Made by a program: the position numbers and the translations under genes. A stretch of 64,000 bases of DNA. Source: Octopus vulgaris. Its lineage: Eukaryota. The DNA lies in NCBI GenBank assembly GCA_951406725.2, contig OX597823.1, forward strand, positions 37,076,001 through 37,140,000, written 5' to 3'. The first letter of the stretch is position 1; each line of letters starts with the position of its first letter. Under the pieces are notes generated by a model. It ran no database searches. It saw only the letters and a list, made by a program, of their open reading frames with translations, and had not been told where the DNA came from. Below are positions 1 to 11,689 of this stretch, piece by piece.

Positions 1-279
1 GGGACAGATCCGTCTATCGGCCGAGTCCTTAGTAATGATTGCTCCGTCGTCCTCCTTTAATCGGATAGGCAAGGCAGTTTTCCATTTCCTGGTGGATGTT
101 TCATTCGTGAAATCAGTAGTAAATTTTTGTTTTCCTTGAAGAGAGAATGAAGCTTCTTACGCCCCTTGTGATTTTCAACGAGTGTTAACATCCAGTCGTT
201 AGTTGATTCAATATGTTTGGTCAGTCACTTGCGGTAGTTCCATAAAAAAGTTCAAACTGGATCAAGACTTTTGAGCTCC

Positions 280-395
280 TAGGGTTCAGTTCCACTACAT
301 AACACCCTAGACAAGTGTCTTCTACTATAGCATCGGGCCGACCAAAATCTTGTGAGTGGATTTGGCAGGCGGAAACGGAAAGAAATCTGTTGAAT
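280..395 (+). mobile_element. SINE family A, 5' half (partial), running into (TACA)n
   Basis: Matches other copies in the window (gggttcagt.ccact...caagtgtcttctactatagc...gaccaaa...gtgagtggatttgg.ag.cggaaac), e.g. 14690-14810 and 56180-56295. Confidence 0.75.
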
Positions 396-484
396 ATACA
401 TACATACATACATACATACATACATACATACATACATACACATACGTATGTATGTAAGTATGAATGTACACACACACACACATA

Positions 485-1075
485 TACGAGGTCCGATCAA
501 TAAGTATCCGGACTAGGTTTGAACGTTGTAGCTCATTTCCGCTGCTTACAGCAGTGTTTGGAAAGGTGTGTTGCGTGTGATTGTCGCATTGACCATGACA
601 GAGAAAGTTGTCATGGTGATACCTGCTCAGAGGTCTAAGCAAAGTCGCAGAAGTTGTATGGAGAAGAGTGTATGAGTCGCACACAAGTGTACGAGTGGCT
701 CAGACGTTTCCAAGAAAATGTCGATATTGACGAACGTTCTGGGAGACCTGCAAGCAGCAGAACTGAGAAAAACATCGCATATGTGCGTGCAGCTGCGAGG
801 GGAAATCATCGAATCACAACCCATCAGTTATCAGAGGATGTGCAGATTAGTTACGGTTCAGTTCAGTTCATTATCACTAAAGATTTGGGTATGAGACGCG
901 TGTCTGCCAAGTTTATGCCAAAACTGCTTTCAGCTGAATAAGAAGTCACTCGCTTTGATTGTGTCGAGAACGATGAAAACTTTTTGGAAACTTTGCGTAG
1001 GGCTCTAAGCAGGTATCGTCAAGCTTTTGGCAAAATTTGATGCATATTCTCTGCTCAACTTCTTCTGTCATGGCT
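485..1075 (+). mobile_element. Internally rearranged mariner remnant with N-terminal transposase HTH
   Basis: Starts TA-CGAGGTCCGATCAATAAGTATCCGGA (mariner-type TIR start). ORF 654-941 has YGEECMSRTQVYEW..RF, ERSGRP and DLGMRRVSAKFMPKLL (the WVPKLL motif). The right end is an inverted copy of the transposase start. Confidence 0.85.
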
Positions 1076-1182
1076 AATTAGTGTCCTAAATGAAGTGGAA
1101 GGGTTTTAAAATGGAATCGAAACTGGCTCGAAGACCACACTTGCTTAGTTCTTGTTTTGTCGATGTTCAATGTATTCGTTCA

Positions 1183-1218
1183 TATAATAATAACAACAAC
1201 AACAACAATAACAACAAC

Positions 1219-1282
<64 letters not shown>

Positions 1283-1316
1283 GTGATGATGATGATGATG
1301 ATGATAATAATAATAG
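1183..1316. repeat. Compound (AAT)n/(AAC)n/(GAT)n microsatellite
   Basis: Read directly. Confidence 0.95.
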
Positions 1317-1668
1317 TGTAGTAGCAGTAAATCTCCACGTTAAGTTAAATTTATAGCTTACTAGCCCATTGCAAAACTGAACTATAGTCGCCATCTAACT
1401 ATAACATTGATATACGAGAGACCATAAATAACTAGAAAGCCCCTTGATATATTCGGATTGTGTCCCCATTTATAACATGTTTATGCGAAAAGTAATAGAT
1501 AAGACGAAAAAATAAAAACATTAGAGAGAATACGTAGTGCTGGTTGTAGTATTTTATTGGCGTTTTATAGTGCGTTTAAATTTGATGGATGATAAAAACG
1601 TGCGTTATAGTATCGAAGTCATACATTTCGATTGTATACGGGCTTACAAACAGAATGTATATATACAT

Positions 1669-1709
<41 letters not shown>

Positions 1710-1785
1710 AACATGCACATATATTTATGTATATTTACGTAATATACATATGTATGGATGCATGTATGTATGCATGTATGTATAA

Positions 1786-2077
1786 GGGCGGAGGAACTCT
1801 TGAGAGTCAACGGCCATCCAATAAATGTCTTAAGGCTGTATCATGCGCGGGGATATAGAAATAATCGGACTGAATACCCGATCGCGCGGTTAAACTATTG
1901 GGAGTGAAGGACTCTTACCCTTTGTTAGGGCATCCTTCTAGGAGAAGGTAACTCGGGTAACTGGGATAACTCCGACATAAAACCTGTGGCTCAGTGGTTA
2001 CCGATGATGTTGACTTGTTCTTCTTTTCGGATTATGGCTGCTGTTGCTTAGTGAGTGGGATTGACTCTGTGCACAGC
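1786..2077 (+). mobile_element. Possible RTE-clade LINE 5' UTR fragment
   Basis: GC-richer island following (TATG)n. It contains ggcatccttctaggagaaggtaactc...aaaacct, which resembles RTE 5' UTR motifs as recalled. No ORF support. Confidence 0.35.
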
Positions 2078-3170
2078 AACAATAATCACTTTTCCTTTTA
2101 TTCTCTACAATGGACTATTCATTCATAACAAGTTACAAGAATGGTGTATATAACATGTAGGAGCAGACATAGCTATACAAAAGCGAGAAGTTGGGTAAAA
2201 GCATTGATGAGTCATTAAATTAAAGCATGGAAAATTCCAGAAAATAAATAAATAACTATATGTAAGAAGTACCCACTCAAACAAAAGTGAGAAACCTTAA
2301 ATGCTAATGGCGACAGCAATTACTACAATGAAGGAAATGGGAAAGTATAGACTCGTGGCAGACGGAATTATGGTATACATGAAATAATTGATATGGAAAT
2401 CACATAGGCTTTCGTCCAACTAGCGATTCACCATTATTGATAAAATTTCAACGGCAGATGCACGCTGAGCAAGAGTCCAAACCATGATGGTAACTAAACA
2501 AAAACCAGTAAAACATTAGTTACATGAAGACACTATTATCATCAACGCCACACCAGTGGCTGTGTAAAATATGCGAGGTCTTTCGTCGCACCCTGGAATT
2601 GCCAAAGGCTTGACCATATGTACTCGTTATTTTGTTTTCTATCCATTCCAGTCAGAATCTGAAAAGTTTCGACCGCTTTTATTTTCAGGATGATCTCTGC
2701 CTCCTCAACACAAATTTCCTACATGTCCATTCTTGCAGCTGGGTCATATGAACAATAGACCTTCTCACAATAATATAGTATAATGTGGGAAAGAGAATCT
2801 CTCTAACATAAGCGAGAATTGGTGGGAGGACATATATACAGATTATAGTGAATGACATAGAATAATTTCCAAGGAAACAAATTAAAATTATCTCGAAGCT
2901 AAACGTCATTGAAACAAACTGAAATAACCCAAAAGAAAATTAAATGCAAGATAATTAAATAAAATATATAGATATATATTTGTTTGAACTTGAATTACTT
3001 CATCATTGATTTAGGTCTACAATTTGGAGTTTAGTTTATTTAGGATTGACCAAAGTCAGTCTCAAGCAATGATTTCTTCTTTCAAAGAATAAAACCTGAA
3101 ATTTATATTTCACAAGCCGCTTGATATATGCTAGAAATAGCTCCCACATATCTCTCACAGATTGCATACT

Positions 3171-3221
<51 letters not shown>

Positions 3222-3318
3222 GTAAAAACGGTAAGATAACAAAAAAAAGAAAGAGACCTCAATATTATGTAAATAGAGGAAATTTATCTGTAAAATAATA
3301 TGTGACAATTATTCAATA

Positions 3319-3389
3319 GCCAAGATAAAACTCTGAGTTTCGGATGCCGAGGTGGAAATCCACAACACCATCTCTTCGGTTATCTGGCC
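3319..3389 (-). ncRNA. Minimal type I hammerhead ribozyme-like motif (U4C core) in a Penelope-like terminus
   Basis: Minus strand reads gccagataa CCGAAGA gatg..catc c GAAA ctcagag UU ttatcttggc. Stems I, II and III all pair, and the motif lies between (TA)n tracts. Confidence 0.65.
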
Positions 3390-3466
3390 ATCTGAAAAAT
3401 GCACATACAAGCACTCACATACAGACACATATTAATGTTTGGTTTTATGTGAAGATATATGCATAA

Positions 3467-3546
<80 letters not shown>

Positions 3547-3689
3547 CGAGAGAGAGAGAGAGAGAGAGACAGAGAGAGAAAGAGAGAGAGAGCGTCAACT
3601 TTTTGAGAACACCCTTTTCAAGGGCTCTAACTTTCTTCTAACATTTTTTATCTTCTTTTTCGGATAAATAGTGTCAAAAATCATTCGGC

Positions 3690-4490
3690 AAATGAAAGAC
3701 ATATTGTAATCGTTGCCTTAAAAGTGCACCATAATGATTCCGAGATAGCTCGCTTCTTGAAGTTGCCCGATTCTTCGTTGCTTGAAAGGTGCTGGAAGCT
3801 GATGACGGTCATCCGACATCAGCAAATAAACGCAAAATGCACACAAAGCTTCCTAATACCATTACAACACATAACTTTGTACAAAACACTCAAGAAATAA
3901 TCGATAAAAACACCGGAAAGTCAATTAAAGAACTTCAAGGCTTCAGAATGCATCACCAGAAGAGTTGTATATGAAAACATCCGGTACAAGTATGTGCTGC
4001 GAAAGGCTCAGTTTATGTCGGATGTAACAAGAGACTATCGCTTGATCCGCACAAAGTGCTTGTTAAATAAATTAAAACACCTAGAGGCTAGAATGCTTTG
4101 GTTTTTCTCTGATGACAAAAAATTCAATCAGGACCAAACGCTAAATCGAATGAACGACATAGTTATGTAGAGATCCAAATGAGGTTCTAACGGTCATGCA
4201 TACTAAGTTTTATAGCAACTGCGATGGTTCTGGAAGTCGTTACCAACAAGAGTGATGTCATACCTCGTCGCTTTTTCCCACAGGACTTAAGATTCATTGC
4301 TGCTGTCTACACAGCAGTGTTCGAGAAAGTTTTGAGGTCCTGAATGAACAGAATACACAACTGAAGGTTGTATATCGTCTCATGAGGCTAGGATAATCCA
4401 AGCGTGAATGCGTGCCAATCTCCATGGTTATGTTCTAAACACATGACCAACTAGCTCACCAGACCTCAAACCCTTGGACGAACTATGTGG
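3690..4490 (+). pseudogene. Degenerate Tc1/mariner-superfamily transposase, maT/DD37D-like
   Basis: Translatable blocks WFFSDDKKFNQDQTLNRMND, DPNEVLTVMHTKF, ATAMVLEVVTNKSDVIP and PTSSPDLKPLD, with many stops and frameshifts. The second catalytic D is deleted, so the spacing cannot be counted. Confidence 0.75.
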
Positions 4491-4631
4491 CAGTACGGCC
4501 CCATGTGACGACGCCGGTCGGCAGACTGATGACTGAGGGTCGCATCAAGTGGCTTCTAGCGGCGGAAGCCTGAACTACAGCGGGCTTGTCCCAGAGAGAA
4601 CGGTTCCGGTTACTTTTGGGTACCCCCTCAT
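4490..4631. mobile_element. Mariner terminal fragment
   Basis: Ends ...ttccggttacttttgggtaccccctcaTA, the reverse complement of a TA-YGAGGGGGTACCCAAAAGTAACCGGAA mariner-type TIR. Confidence 0.55.
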
Positions 4632-5034
4632 ATACACACACACATAGATATATGGAGCACATACGTACACATCGCTCCATACAGTGTATGTATGTGTTTA
4701 CTCATACAGAGTAAACACATACTCATACAGAGTAAACACATACTCGTACGTATTTACTCACAGGCGCTCCCATACGTACACTTATATATGCATGCTCCCA
4801 TACGTACTCACACAACCTTATGCTTGCGCACATATTCATAAATAGGTGCTCGCTCATACATACATATACACTTACTCATAACGTCCTCACATGCACACAC
4901 ACGCTTGCGCACACACACTTTAGCTAGGTTACTGCTATCTGCTCTTTCATTCAACTACTTCCGTCCAGTCAATTTGACATGCGAAGCCTTTAATCCAGAC
5001 ACAATTTTTTTCCTCCTCGTTTTCTTTCCTCATT

Positions 5035-5170
5035 CTTTTCTCTCGAAGACCGTAGGCTCGAAACGACAAAGACTTTTCCATTTCTCCTGAGCTTCAAACA
5101 AACACATCTTGTTTGTTGCTCTCTCACTCGTCTTTGTCTTGTTTTTTTTTTTGTTTATTGAACATTTGAA
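5035..5170 (+). mobile_element. Penelope-like terminal repeat with degenerate hammerhead; second copy at about 24530-24665
   Basis: The two copies give a consensus of cttt CTGTTGA a gagc-gtag-gctc GAAA cg TA aaag, followed by a U-rich tail that ends in a microsatellite. Confidence 0.55.
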
Positions 5171-5172
5171 CC

Positions 5173-5205
<33 letters not shown>

Positions 5206-5794
5206 TGTATGTATGTATGTATGTATGTATGTATGTATGTATGTATGTATGTATAAATACATAAGTGAATAACCACTTAAGACATTTTAGTAGAATAATT
5301 TATTTATTTATACAAGGAAAAGGCTGATAGGGACATCGAAGTTTCGGTTTACTAGACATCAATAGATGATGTAATCCTAGATAAACGAAGAAAGTGAAAA
5401 AGAAGACGGGATAGTCACCGACTATCAAAGATCTACTTGATCAGAACAGCTTAGGGGGGTAAACAGTAAGATCATCATTAACAGCAACAGCAACATAAAA
5501 AGTATTTCAAATGAGTACTTCAAAGCACCTATATTTTATTAGAATTTCACCTCTAGTTCCGACACGGCAGTGACAGCTTTGAAATGGCGCTTCTTTCTTC
5601 CTCCATCTCCTCTCTTCTTCCATTACCTCTCTTCGCACTAAATGGCCTTCATCTATTTTTCCTGGTATATCCTCATTAAATACCTACGTAAATACGGACC
5701 TACGTATAAACAAACGACGTTCATACGCTCTCTCTATTTGACACACACATCTCACACACACATATATAAACACACATACACACACACACACACA

Positions 5795-5852
<58 letters not shown>

Positions 5853-5856
<4 letters not shown>

Positions 5857-6489
5857 AGCTTAGAGAAGAAGAAGAAACGAAACGAAACGAATCGAATCGA
5901 ATCGACGCGAGGGCGCTCAGTCATACAATAGTGTAATAAATAAAATATATGCATACATACAAACATATATGTACGTACCTACATCTACATGTATATATAC
6001 ATGCATATATAAATATATATATACGTGTGTACAGGACACCACAAATAGACGTAGAACTCAACGAGAAACGAAAAAGTAAAAACAGCATGGAACGGACCAT
6101 TTTTTTAACAACGAAAAAAAAGAGTACAAGATAACTACACAAGGAAAAATCCCCTTCATCAGCTGTCCCTAGTTCAACTCCAGCGTGTTTCGAAGGTGAG
6201 GACAGAACACGTCTCGTCGAACTAATCCTTCCTGCGAAAGAATTAAATAAAATTCCTTTGCAGAGGAGTAAAAACAAGGAAAAAATGTGACAAAAACAGG
6301 ACGTAAAACAATACAATTACAAAAAATACAGTACACGAAGGAATAGAAACAGGACAGGAAAACAAATAATGAGGGCCTATAAGCCTAGACGAGGAAAACA
6401 TTTTCACGAGCGCAGGAAGAAACATGTTTACTTGAAGAAGGCCGCCAGCGAAAGGAAGTTCGTCGACCCGGCTGTGAGAGAGATGAGGA

Positions 6490-6528
<39 letters not shown>

Positions 6529-6704
6529 GGAAGGAAGCCAAACAGGGTGAAAGAAAGAGAGAAGAAGGAGTTATAGAGTTTCGCGTCATAATTATATGTA
6601 AAAACCAGCTTAGAGAAGAAGAAACGAAACGAAACGAAACGAATCGAATCGAATCGACGCGAGAGCGCTCAGTCATACAATAGTGTAATAAATAAAATGT
6701 ATGC

Positions 6705-6705
<1 letters not shown>
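5853..6705 (-). mobile_element. Non-autonomous (TA)n-anchored repeat, probably Penelope-derived, with a ~100 bp direct repeat at both ends
   Basis: 5853-5950 is repeated at 6602-6705. The body 5950-6540 is clearly homologous to 22895-23540. The minus strand carries cagCTGATGAagggg followed by a U-rich tail. Confidence 0.6.
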
Positions 6706-6764
<59 letters not shown>

Positions 6765-6810
6765 CACATACATATATATGTACGTATGTATGTATGTATA
6801 TATATATATA

Positions 6811-7142
6811 GGTAAAGACCCCCTTCGGTCATGAATGACCATGGGATTGCACCTAGAAAGTTACCCTCCTAGACACAAGTCCGGGCAAGGTTGTTTATGG
6901 AAGACCAGCAGTCGCCCATGCATACCAGCCTCCCCTCTCCACGCCACCAGTGTTATCCAAGGGAAAGACAAAGGTCGATACAACTTGGCACCAGTGACGT
7001 CGCAACTCATTTCTACAGCTGAATGAACTGGAGCAACGTGAAATAAAGTGCCTTGCTCAAGAACACAACACGCAGCCCGGTCCGAGATTCGAGCTCACAA
7101 CCTCACGATCGTAAGCTCGACGCTCTAACCACTGAGCCATGC
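6811..7142 (-). mobile_element. tRNA-headed SINE family B, full length
   Basis: Reverse complement of 60466-60807. A box TGGCTCAGTGGTTAGAGCG and B box-like GCTCGAATC. Confidence 0.9.
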
Positions 7143-7236
7143 ATATATATATATATATATACATATATATAAGCGTATGCTAAACTAAATTATCTTATAC
7201 ATATATATGTATATATGTATGTGTATATGTATATAA

Positions 7237-7278
<42 letters not shown>

Positions 7279-7279
7279 G

Positions 7280-7331
<52 letters not shown>

Positions 7332-7434
7332 CAACAACAACAACAATAATAATAGTAGGGAATGTAATTCCAAAACTTACAGGGAAAAATTCAATTTAAC
7401 AATCTTAAATCAAATTTCACAATATATAATATAT

Positions 7435-7702
7435 GTATATAATTTAAAGAAAAACTTCTATTAAACAATTCAATAAAGAAAGATGTTATTCACACCATAT
7501 AGAAAACATTTACTATAAACACCTTATTCTAAAAATCAATAAAGTACAATACAATATATAAGTTCAATACGTACTATTTACTATTTATTGTACTTTATTG
7601 ATTTTTAGAATAAGTTTTTTATAGTATATGTTTTCTATATGATGTGAATAACATCTTTCATTATTGAATTGTTTAATAGAGGTTCTTCTCTAAATTATAT
7701 AC
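7435..7702. repeat. ~117 bp imperfect inverted repeat, arms 7435-7551 and 7586-7702
   Basis: The arms are reverse complements (ttattctaaaaatcaataaagtacaata / tattgtactttattgatttttagaataa). Confidence 0.9.
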
Positions 7703-7740
<38 letters not shown>

Positions 7741-7771
7741 TCATATAAATGAAAAGGAAAATCATAAATGT

Positions 7772-7896
7772 AGAAGAAGAAGAAGAAGGAAGAATGAAGA
7801 AGAAGAAGAAGAAGAAGAAGAAGAAGAAGAAGAAGAAGAAGAAGAAGAAGAAGAAGAAGAAGAAGAAGAAGAAGAAGAAGAAGAAGAAGAAGAAGA
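7772..7896. repeat. (AAG)n microsatellite
   Basis: Read directly. Confidence 0.95.
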
Positions 7897-7919
7897 ATGT
7901 AATAATAATCATCTTTATT

Positions 7920-8140
7920 AAGGCGGCGAGCTAGCAGAATGGTTAGCACGCCGGGCAAAATGTTGAGCGGCATTTCGTCCGCCATTACATTTTTTGAGTT
8001 CAAATTCCGCCGAGGTCGACTTTAGTTTCATCCTTTCGTGGTCGATAAATTAAGAATCAGTAAAACACTGAGTTCGATGTAATCGACTAGTCCCTTCTCC
8101 ACAAATTTCAAGCCTTCAACCTAAAGTAGAAAGAGTTATC
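7920..8140 (+). mobile_element. SINE family C
   Basis: aaggcggcgagct.gcagaat.gttagcacgccgggc head, GAGTTCAAATTCC B box and a tttcatcctttcg..gtcgataaa core. Homologues at 44797, 57747, 62247 and, inverted, 35520-35918. Confidence 0.85.
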
Positions 8141-9025
8141 ATCATCATCATCATTATTATTAAAAATAGCAACAGCAGCAGTAACAAATGAAAGGCCCTA
8201 CAATAGTACATCTGAGATTTGTATGTTGTCATTTCCTCATTCGGTGTTCAACATAAGAACAAAAATATTGAAACGAACACATACGTGCACACATACAAAT
8301 GCTCATGTACACGCATGCACACACACATACGCAGACACACAAATAATATATACATATCACACATAGATACACGTATGCATGCACACATACAATATATACT
8401 TACGAAAGTACCTTTATGTGCTTAACGACAAAATCGCGTTTGCACTGATTTCTAATTAAGACATAAAAATAGAAGAGGGGCGAGAGAGAGAGAGGGAGAG
8501 AGAGAGAGAGAGAGAGAGAGTGGTAAAGTAGGGAAAAAAGCAACAATGAATTATTTGGCTTATGTTCTAACATAGAAAGAATAACGGCAGCGATATTTGT
8601 TAGGGGTCAGCATGACCCAGGATTTAGACATAGCTGAGTGGTTAAATAGTTGGCTTGTAACTATGTGATTCTCGATTCGATCCAAGATAAAAGTTTTTGT
8701 CATAATCTCTGACCTACGCTAGCATTGTGTGTTTGGAAAGAAAGAAGGTTTTGCGTGGTAGACTCAATCCGCCTCAGTGGTTAACACCATCAACTGACCG
8801 TTAGGTACCTTCAGCAGGGTCCACTCTATTGCAAGATTTCCGATTTCTAGTTCTTTCTTTTCAACCTCCAAGACCCTGTTAAATCCCATAGTTGCTGTCC
8901 TTCACCCACTCATAATAATCAGTAACAAACTGTGCAATTCACAAATATCGACTTATTTAATCTACTCGTGTTTGCACAATCAATCCCATTTGAGTGCATC
9001 TCTCCAAATTTTATATTTTCCAGGT

Positions 9026-11184
9026 TTACTGTAAAGTACTTTATTTCGCGGGAACAAAATGTCGCGAATTGGAACCTAGAAACAAATTCACGAATACACA
9101 TGCTTGAAAAATTTTTGGAACCTTTATTTTATTAAATCTTGGTCAAAAATATCTTTCTTTTTCAACACTTGTTAAGTAGTAATATTTCAAGTAGAATTAT
9201 ATGTTGACATAGTAAATGTTACGTAGGATCAGTGATGTATACCTATTCACTGTTCTCGTTGAATTACTATGATACAATTCAGTGACTGCGTCACTTAGTA
9301 TTTTCTTTCAGATATAATGATGCCAGGTTATGTAAACTGTCTAAAGTTTCATAAAAGATTTCTAAATTTTATAATTTATATATCAAATACCTTGTATTTA
9401 CCATGTGTGCCAACTGACATCTGTAATTTACGTGATTAATAGTTAAACATTTCAGAATAAATAAAAGTTAAATTTCAAGAAATATCAGAATTAGTTCTAA
9501 CTCTGTACTGGTTATATCGCTGCAACATTATGCAAGACTACTGTTCAACAATGTATCGCTGACTGAAAACTGCTAACCCTACTGCAATGTTTAGTGAGCC
9601 CAGTCAAGGCTCTTCTTTACCAAGTCTTAACCGTGCAAATTTAACAGAAAACCATCACAAGTATGTGAAGCAGCAAACAAAGAAATTCAGAAGATATTAG
9701 ATGAAGAGACAACAACAGTTTTACGTGGTGAGAAACACAAACGAGGTGAATACACAAAATTCACTACAACAGAACTAGCAGACTTAGTTAGATACCCAAT
9801 ACAACACGGCAATATGGAAGCTTCTCGTCATTTTGCAAAAATATACGGTTGTTCTGTATCTGAATCTACTATTCATGGTAACGTCAAGAAATTGAAAAAT
9901 GAATTAAAGTCTACTAAAAACATTGATGATGTATTTGAGTTGCCACCAGCAAAACGCGGCAGACCACTTCTTCAGGGCGAAGATCTCGACAATCATATGA
10001 TACATCATATCATGAGTCTTCGTGATAGTGGTTCGATAGTTTCTAAACCTATTGTGATGGCTTCAGCTCTCGGCATCGTGAAAACTCAAGACCATACTCA
10101 ACTCAAAGAATACGTAGGTCCCATCGACATCTCCGACTCATGGACTAAATCCATACTGAAATGTGTGGGCTTCGTCAAACGCAAAGGCACCAAAACATCA
10201 AAAACCATTCCATCAAACTTCAAAAACATTTAAGATGACTTCCTCCATCGTGTACAAACTATCGTTGAAAAAACATAAATTCCTCCCATCTATGATTGTC
10301 AACTTTGACCAGACTGGTCTTTCTATCATCCCCGTCAAAGACTGGACTATGGAACAGTAAGGTGCCAAAACAAGTACCAATATACGGAGCAAACAACAAA
10401 CGTCAGATAACTGCAGTACTCTGAACATCAGCAACTGGAACATTTTTACCCCCGCAACTCATCTACCAACGGAAAACAGACTCTTGTCATCCTTCATTCA
10501 AATTCCCCAAAGATTAGAATTCTATTCATTCTGAAAACCAGAGGACTACTGTAAACACTATGGTCATCTACATTAAGAACATTCTTGGTCCATACTTCGA
10601 AGATCAAAGAGAAAAACTCAACCCCACACTTGCACAGAAAGATCTAGTCTTTTTACATGTTTTCAAAGTTCATCAAACAGAAACCGTTCAGTCTGCATCC
10701 AAGTCACAAGGATTTGAATTTTTTTACATTCTTGTTTCATGCACAAGCGAACTTCAGCTTCTTGATATCATTTTTTCAAACAACAATTAAAACAAAAATT
10801 CATTTTATGGTATGCAGATGAAATTACCTCACAGTTAAATTCCTGTAAATCTGTAGACAATACTAATGTTGATTTAAAACTCTCAATTGTAAAACCATTG
10901 CATGCTAAATGGGTTTTGTCATCATTTAATTGTACATCTAACCATAAAATATTTTGTTGCAAGGTTGGAAAGATACAGGTATACATAATGTTTTTCAAAA
11001 TAAACATATTACAAAGAATTGTTGATTTTCTTGCCTTAGGTTTCTCCCCAAAACATTTTATGAAAATGACTGAAACTTATTACCTTTTGAAATTAAATTT
11101 CGCGGAATTTATTTTCGCGAATATGTCATCCTCCCGAATTTACTAAATTAAATTCCTCGCGAACATTTCATACTTTTGAGCGTA
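9026..11184 (+). mobile_element. pogo-superfamily DNA transposon, degenerate
   Basis: Begins TACTGTAAAG..TTTCGCG and ends CGCGAACATTTCATACTTTTGAGCGTA (imperfect TIR with TTTCGCG subrepeats). Encloses a transposase pseudogene. Confidence 0.65.
9740..10960 (+). pseudogene. pogo/CENP-B-like DDE transposase pseudogene
   Basis: Blocks RGEYTKF..HGNMEASRHF, KRGRPLL, SWTKSILKCVGFVKRKGT, IVNFDQTG, KRQITAVL, FLPPQLIY, CTSELQLLDI and DLKLSIVKPLHAKW, broken by stops and frameshifts. Confidence 0.88.
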
Positions 11185-11689
11185 TGAAAAAGTAAGAGAT
11201 AATTCTTTTTCCGAAAGAAAAAGAATCTATACGACAGGCGATGTTTATTTTCGGTTCTCACAAGACACTGGACTATTATTATTGTAGGAATTTATAATCT
11301 ACAGGGGACATGGGATTTCAAATCAACTTATTCAAGTAAAATAATCTTGAATTCTTTAGATCTCCACCCACTGTTTAAAGCATTGGAATCTTCTACAATT
11401 CTCTTTTGGCTAGCATTTTCTTTCTCTAAAGGAAAACATTTTTTATTCTGTTGTTTTTACTTTTTACCTCCACCCCCACCCCACCCACGCACCATTATTT
11501 ATTATAATTACTCTTGTCAAATTTCACACAAGATAACGTAGTCTGCTTCTAGTAACCGATTCCCTGCATAATGATTCTCTTTATGCTAAACACATACTCT
11601 GGTACATGACTCGCTAATTTTATCCGCCAGTCTGAGCAAACATTATTGATATATATTGCATTGAATACTTGCTATCTTGTACTACCTTA

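Noticed and set aside
1786-1920. HDV-like ribozyme at the putative RTE 5' end
   Set aside because: A nested double pseudoknot (P1/P2/P3/P1.1) could not be built by eye.
3130-3141. GCTAGAAATAGC (and gttttagag near 55708) resembling the SpCas9 sgRNA scaffold
   Set aside because: Only 9-12 bp match, with no rest of the scaffold, repeat-spacer array or cas gene. The context is a eukaryotic repeat, so this is coincidence.
5325-5370. Additional hammerhead-like remnants (also 42932-42977 and 63950-64000)
   Set aside because: GAAA plus a stem III-like segment is visible, but the core or stem I is too damaged to call.
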